Shown here in pieces: positions 7,668 to 11,019 of a DNA stretch of 11,019 nt (position 1 is its first letter; each line of letters begins with the position of its first letter). This DNA is from Octopus sinensis (Eukaryota): contig NW_021827078.1 of NCBI RefSeq assembly GCF_006345805.1, positions 1 to 11,019 of the forward strand, written 5' to 3'. Under the pieces are notes generated by a model. The model searched no databases and was not told the DNA's origin. It saw only the letters and a list, made by a program, of their open reading frames with translations. The position numbers and the translations under genes are program-made.

Positions 7668-7781
7668 ACGACTGTCTAACACAAAAACTTTTGTAATTTC
7701 TATTAGCAAATCAAACATGTTTAATAGTAAATAAATAATACTCCAAAATTTTCCAATTTCCTGTTTTCTTTCACAATAACT
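7668..7781 (-). other. Candidate 114-nt coding exon (unverified)
   Basis: Acceptor TACTGTTTGCAG| and donor CGT|GTAAGG flank an open frame SYCERKQEIGKFWSIIYLLLNMFDLLIEITKVFVLDSR in non-repeat DNA; no recognisable homology. Confidence 0.2.
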
Positions 7782-7971
7782 CTGCAAACAGTATTTCCAT
7801 AATCCTCTATTTTTATAAGTATTTTGAACCAACTGACATACAGCAGCAACTGAGACTACATTTTAGATTGAAATAATGGAATAAGCCGATGTGCTTCTAA
7901 GGGGAACAGCAGGGAGTATCCTAACTACCTATATTTTATGTGTGTGTGTGTATATGTATATATATATATAC

Positions 7972-8160
7972 ATAACGGGAAAGTTTACGAAAATAAACAA
8001 AAGACAAAGGCAGGTGGAGTACAAACAAACAAATGTATTAGTATAGCACTCAGGAATAGAAATAGAAAAATTCTTTTACGTTTCGAGCCTACGCTCTTCG
8101 ACAGAAAGATACACAGGAAAAAAAAAGGAGAGAAAAAAAATAAAAGGAGAGGAAAAAAGA
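7972..8160 (-). mobile_element. Short Penelope-like/retrozyme-like element carrying a hammerhead motif (copy 2)
   Basis: Reverse complement: pyrimidine-rich leader, hammerhead, then CCTGAGTGCTATACTAATACATTTGTTTGTTTGT; homologous to 2925-3127; (TA)n on both flanks. Confidence 0.65.
8072..8109 (-). ncRNA. Minimal type I hammerhead ribozyme motif with variant core
   Basis: UCUUU-CUGUCGA-A-GAGC-GUAG-GCUC-GAAA-CG-UA/AAAGA: 5-bp stem I, 4-bp stem II, palindromic ACGU stem III, GUA cleavage triplet (predicted cut between 8077 and 8076). A6 is replaced by U. Confidence 0.7.
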
Positions 8161-8182
8161 GTATATATATATATATATATAT

Positions 8183-8407
8183 ACTCTTTACTCTCTCTTT
8201 TACTCTTTTACTTGTTTCAGTCATTTGACTGTGGCCATGCTGGAGCACTGCCTTTAGTCGAGCAAATCGACCCCAGGACTTATTCTTTGTAAGCCTAGTA
8301 TTTATTCCATTGGTCTCTTTTGACGAACCACTAAGTTACGAGGACGTAAACACACCACCATCAGTTGTCAAGCGATCCTTGGGGGATAAATACAGACACA
8401 AAGATAT

Positions 8408-8438
<31 letters not shown>

Positions 8439-8610
8439 CAAGTATACAAAGGACTTCTTTCGGTTTCTGTCTACCAAATCCACTCACAAGGCTTTGGTTG
8501 ACCTGAAGCCATAGTAGAAGACACTTGCCCATGGTGCCACACAGTGGGTCTGAACCCGGAACCATGTGGTTGGTAAGCAAGCTACTTACCACACAGCCAC
8601 TCCTGTGCCT
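8183..8610 (-). mobile_element. SINE family A, full length
   Basis: (TTTTACTC)n tail at 8183-8212, 3' domain, internal microsatellite ~8394-8445, head ending CCACTCCTGTGCCT. Confidence 0.93.
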
Positions 8611-8615
8611 ATATA

Positions 8616-8886
8616 TTCTTTTACTTGTTTCACCACCTTTAGCCAAACAAATCAACCCTAGGACTTACTCTTTGTAAGCCTAGTACTTATTCTGTCAGTC
8701 TCTTTTGCTGAACCACTAAGTTACGGGAACATAAACACACCAGCATAGGTTGTCAAGTGATGTTGGGGGCACAAACGCAGACATACAAACATACACACAT
8801 GCACACACATGACAGGCTTCTTTCAGTTTCCATCTACCAAATCCACACACAGGGCTTTGGCTGGTACAAGGCTCTAGTAAAAGACT
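8616..8886 (-). mobile_element. SINE family A, internally deleted, head missing
   Basis: The tail joins directly to CACCACCTTTAG (the GTCATTTGACTGCGGCCATGCTGGAG segment is lost); homology stops at ...CTAGTAAAAGACT where the RTE remnant begins. Confidence 0.85.
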
Positions 8887-8895
8887 GGCAATCTG

Positions 8896-9070
8896 AGGGG
8901 CTGCACCAGACTCCCGTCCTGATGCCAACCACTCCAAGAGCGTAATGGGTGCTTTTACATGCCTCCAGTATCTGCCACTACTACAATTTCGCTTGGCTTA
9001 TTGGGTCACAAGTACAGAATATTGGTTAGGGTTTGGGTCTTTTGTCATTGCCTCCGCAGGGCCCAAAGGT
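8896..9070 (-). mobile_element. Degenerate RTE 3'-end remnant with short 3'UTR
   Basis: GGCTGCACCAG and GCCAACCACTCC..GTAATGGGTGCTTTTACATGCC match the RTE UTR. The reverse complement of 8985-9070 (GGGCCCTGCGGAGGCAATGACAAAAGACCC...AATATTCTGTACTTG) aligns with the ORF end at 4240-4323. Confidence 0.65.
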
Positions 9071-9157
9071 GTTTTTTACATGCTAGTTATGTGACACCAG
9101 CATAGGTTATCACACAAAATAAAATATGGCACTAATCTAATCCCACTCATCATGGCA

Positions 9158-9556
9158 TTTACTCTTACTCTTTTACTTGTTTCAGTCATTTGACTGCGGC
9201 CATGCTGGAGCACCGCCTTTAATCGAGCAACTCGACCCCGGGACTTATTCTTTTGTAAGCCCAGTACTTATTCTATCGGTCTCTTTTGCCGAACCGCTAA
9301 GTAATGGGGACATAAACACACCAGCATCGGTTGTCAAGCAATGCTACGGGGACAAACACAGATGCACAAACACACACACGCATATATATATACGATGGGC
9401 TTCTTTCAGTTTCCATCTACCAAATCCACTCACAAGGCTTTGGTCGGCCCGAGACTATAGTAGAAGACACTTGCCCAAGGTGCCATGCAGTGGGTCTGAA
9501 CCCGGAACCATGTGGTTGGTAAACAAGCTACTTACCACACAGCCACTCCTGCGCCT
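9158..9556 (-). mobile_element. SINE family A, full length, CpG-rich (probably the youngest copy here)
   Basis: Complete tail-to-head structure; retains many CpGs that are TG/CA in the other copies. Confidence 0.94.
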
Positions 9557-9752
9557 ATTTATTCATAATTCATCAGTTGTGCATGCATCACTGCACATAT
9601 TCTCCCTCGAGTGCACAGGTGCAGGTTTCAGCTTGAAACATCAGCAAGGCTGTTATTAAATCAACCATGGCATCTCTGTATTCTGTTTGTGCCAAAGTAA
9701 GAGTTGTGATTACTGGTCCGTCTTTCTTTATTCATTATTTTGCATCACTCAT

Positions 9753-10310
9753 AAGGCGGCAAGCTGGCAGAAACGTTAGCACACCAGGCGCAATGCTTAG
9801 CAGTATTTTGTCTGCCATTACGTTCTGAGTTCAAATTCTGCCGATGTCGACATTGCCTTTCATCCTTTCGGGGTTGATTAAATAAGTACCAGTTACACAC
9901 TGGAGTCGATATAACCGACTTAATCCGTTTGTCTGTCCTTGTTTGTCTCCTCTGTGTTTAGCTCCTTGTAGGTAGTAAAGAAATAGGTATTTCGTCTGCC
10001 ATTACATTCTGAGTTCAAATTCCGCTGGGGTCGACTTTGCCTTTCATCCTTTCGGGGTCAATAAATTAAGTACCAGTTACACACGGGTCGATGTAATCGA
10101 CTTAATCTGTCCTTGTTTGTCCTCTCTGTTTAGCCCCTTGTGGGTAGTAAAGAAATAGGTATTTTGTCTGAGTTCAAATTCCGCCGAGGTCGACTTTGCC
10201 TTTCATCCTTTCAGGGTCAATAAATTAAATACCAGTTGCATACTGGGGTTGATTTAATTGATTGTCCTCCCCCAAAAATTTCGGGCCTTGTGCTAGAGTA
10301 GAAAAAAATA
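9753..10310 (+). mobile_element. SINE family C head-to-tail trimer (one full copy plus two 5'-truncated units)
   Basis: A-box-like AGCTGGCAGAAACGTTAG, B-box GAGTTCAAATTC(C/T)GC, central GCCTTTCATCCTTTCGGGGT motif; junctions GAAATAG|GTATTT at 9986/9987 and 10158/10159. Confidence 0.88.
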
Positions 10311-10323
10311 TTTACGTATCAAT

Positions 10324-10512
10324 AAGCGGTGAGCTGGTAGAAGCGTTAGCACACTGGGCGGAATGGTTAGCGGTGTTTCGTCTGTCTTTACGTTCTGAGT
10401 TGAAATTCCGCTGGAGTCAATAAATTAAGTACCAGTTGCGTACTGGGGTTGATCTAACTGACTGCCCTCCTCCCCCAAAATTTCAGGTCTTGTGCCTAGA
10501 GTAGAAAATATT
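10324..10512 (+). mobile_element. SINE family C, separate copy with an internal deletion
   Basis: Head AAGCGGTGAGCTGGTAGAAGCGTTAGC; lacks the GACTTTGCCTTTCATCCTTTC segment; tail CCCCCAAAATTTCAGGTCTTGTGCCTAGAGTAGAAAA is the same type as the third trimer unit. Confidence 0.88.
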
Positions 10513-10519
10513 ATTTTAT

Positions 10520-10815
10520 TCTGTGAGTAATCCAGTTTCTTATGCAACAGCATGTTTTTTGTTTGTTGTTGATTTTTCTTGGCTGGTTTACAGATGCCAT
10601 GTTTTACAGGTGTATAAGGGAATAGAATGGAAAGCTCATTGGTGAAGTAGAACCACACTTTGAGTTTTAGAGAAAATTTCTTCCTCTTCCTGATTATACT
10701 AAGCTGGCTGAATGTATCTAATGCCTTTTCCAACCTGCAATCAATATCTTTCCACATATTTCCAGCACAGCTAATGGAGCTCCTAAGATACATGAAATTG
10801 TCCACTACTTTTGCT
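10520..10815 (-). pseudogene. Old RTE-clade reverse-transcriptase fragment (late RT/thumb region)
   Basis: KVVDNFMYLRSSISCAGNMWKDIDCRLEKALDTFSQLSIIRKRKKFSLKLKVWFYFTNELSIL /fs/ YTCKTWHL* follows the RTE pattern VxxFxYLGSxI...DIxxRIxKAxxxFxxL...KxxxY...SILLYxxETW; has a frameshift and stops. Confidence 0.82.
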
Positions 10816-10846
10816 TTCTTTTACTCAGGCTATACCTCTGATGGGT

Positions 10847-11019
10847 GGAGGCACATGGCCTAGTGGTTAGAGCAGTGGACTCGCAGTCGAGGGATCGTGG
10901 GTTCGAATCTCAGACTGGGCAATGTGTGTGTTTATGAGCGAAACACCTAAGCTCCACGTGGATCCAGCAGAAAGTAATGGTGAACTTCTGCTGACTCTTT
11001 CGCCCCAACTTTCTCTCAG
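10847..11019 (+). mobile_element. SINE family D, 5' part (tRNA-derived head), cut by window edge
   Basis: A-box TGGCCTAGTGG (10856-10866) and B-box GGTTCGAATCT (10900-10910), followed by a non-tRNA body with no terminator; head resembles that of family B. Confidence 0.78.

Noticed and set aside
8737-9108. 15-bp direct repeat ACACCAGCATAGGTT at 8737-8751 and 9094-9108 as a target-site duplication
   Set aside because: The first copy is internal SINE A sequence and the pair does not bracket a single element; likely chance or a small SINE-derived fragment.
9632-9697. Possible plus-strand 66-nt exon (LETSARLLLNQPWASLYSVCAK) with donor AAA|GTAAGA
   Set aside because: Weak polypyrimidine tract, several competing AGs, no recognisable peptide and no partner exon.
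10425-10805. 126-aa ORF as a functional gene
   Set aside because: Only the first ~63 aa are RT-like; it then frameshifts and runs into SINE C. Treated as a LINE fossil.
10847-10920. Possible tRNA gene
   Set aside because: A and B boxes are present, but there is no proper acceptor stem, canonical anticodon arm or poly-T terminator; it continues into a SINE body.

Overview
Eukaryotic, AT-rich, repeat-saturated non-coding DNA (intron or intergenic). The repeat inventory looks like an octopus/coleoid cephalopod genome; this is inferred from recalled repeat families, not from a database hit. No intact gene is visible, and almost all listed ORFs are microsatellite, low-complexity or tandem-repeat artefacts. 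Contents: four families of tRNA-headed SINEs (called A-D here), remnants of RTE-clade LINEs (including a 5'-truncated 1.2-kb copy with a frameshifted ORF end and a tandemly expanded 3'UTR), two kinds of non-autonomous DNA transposon (piggyBac-like and Tc2/pogo-like), and many simple repeats. The most notable signal is two copies of a ~190-bp microsatellite-flanked element, at ~2925-3127 (+) and ~7972-8160 (-). Each carries a minimal type I hammerhead-ribozyme motif of the Penelope/retrozyme kind, with a compensatory base-pair swap in stem I between copies and a non-canonical core. Other points: a three-level nested insertion containing a structured, possibly RTE 5'UTR-derived segment; a head-to-tail SINE trimer that reuses one junction; several inverted repeat pairs that could form dsRNA; and two weak candidate minus-strand exons.
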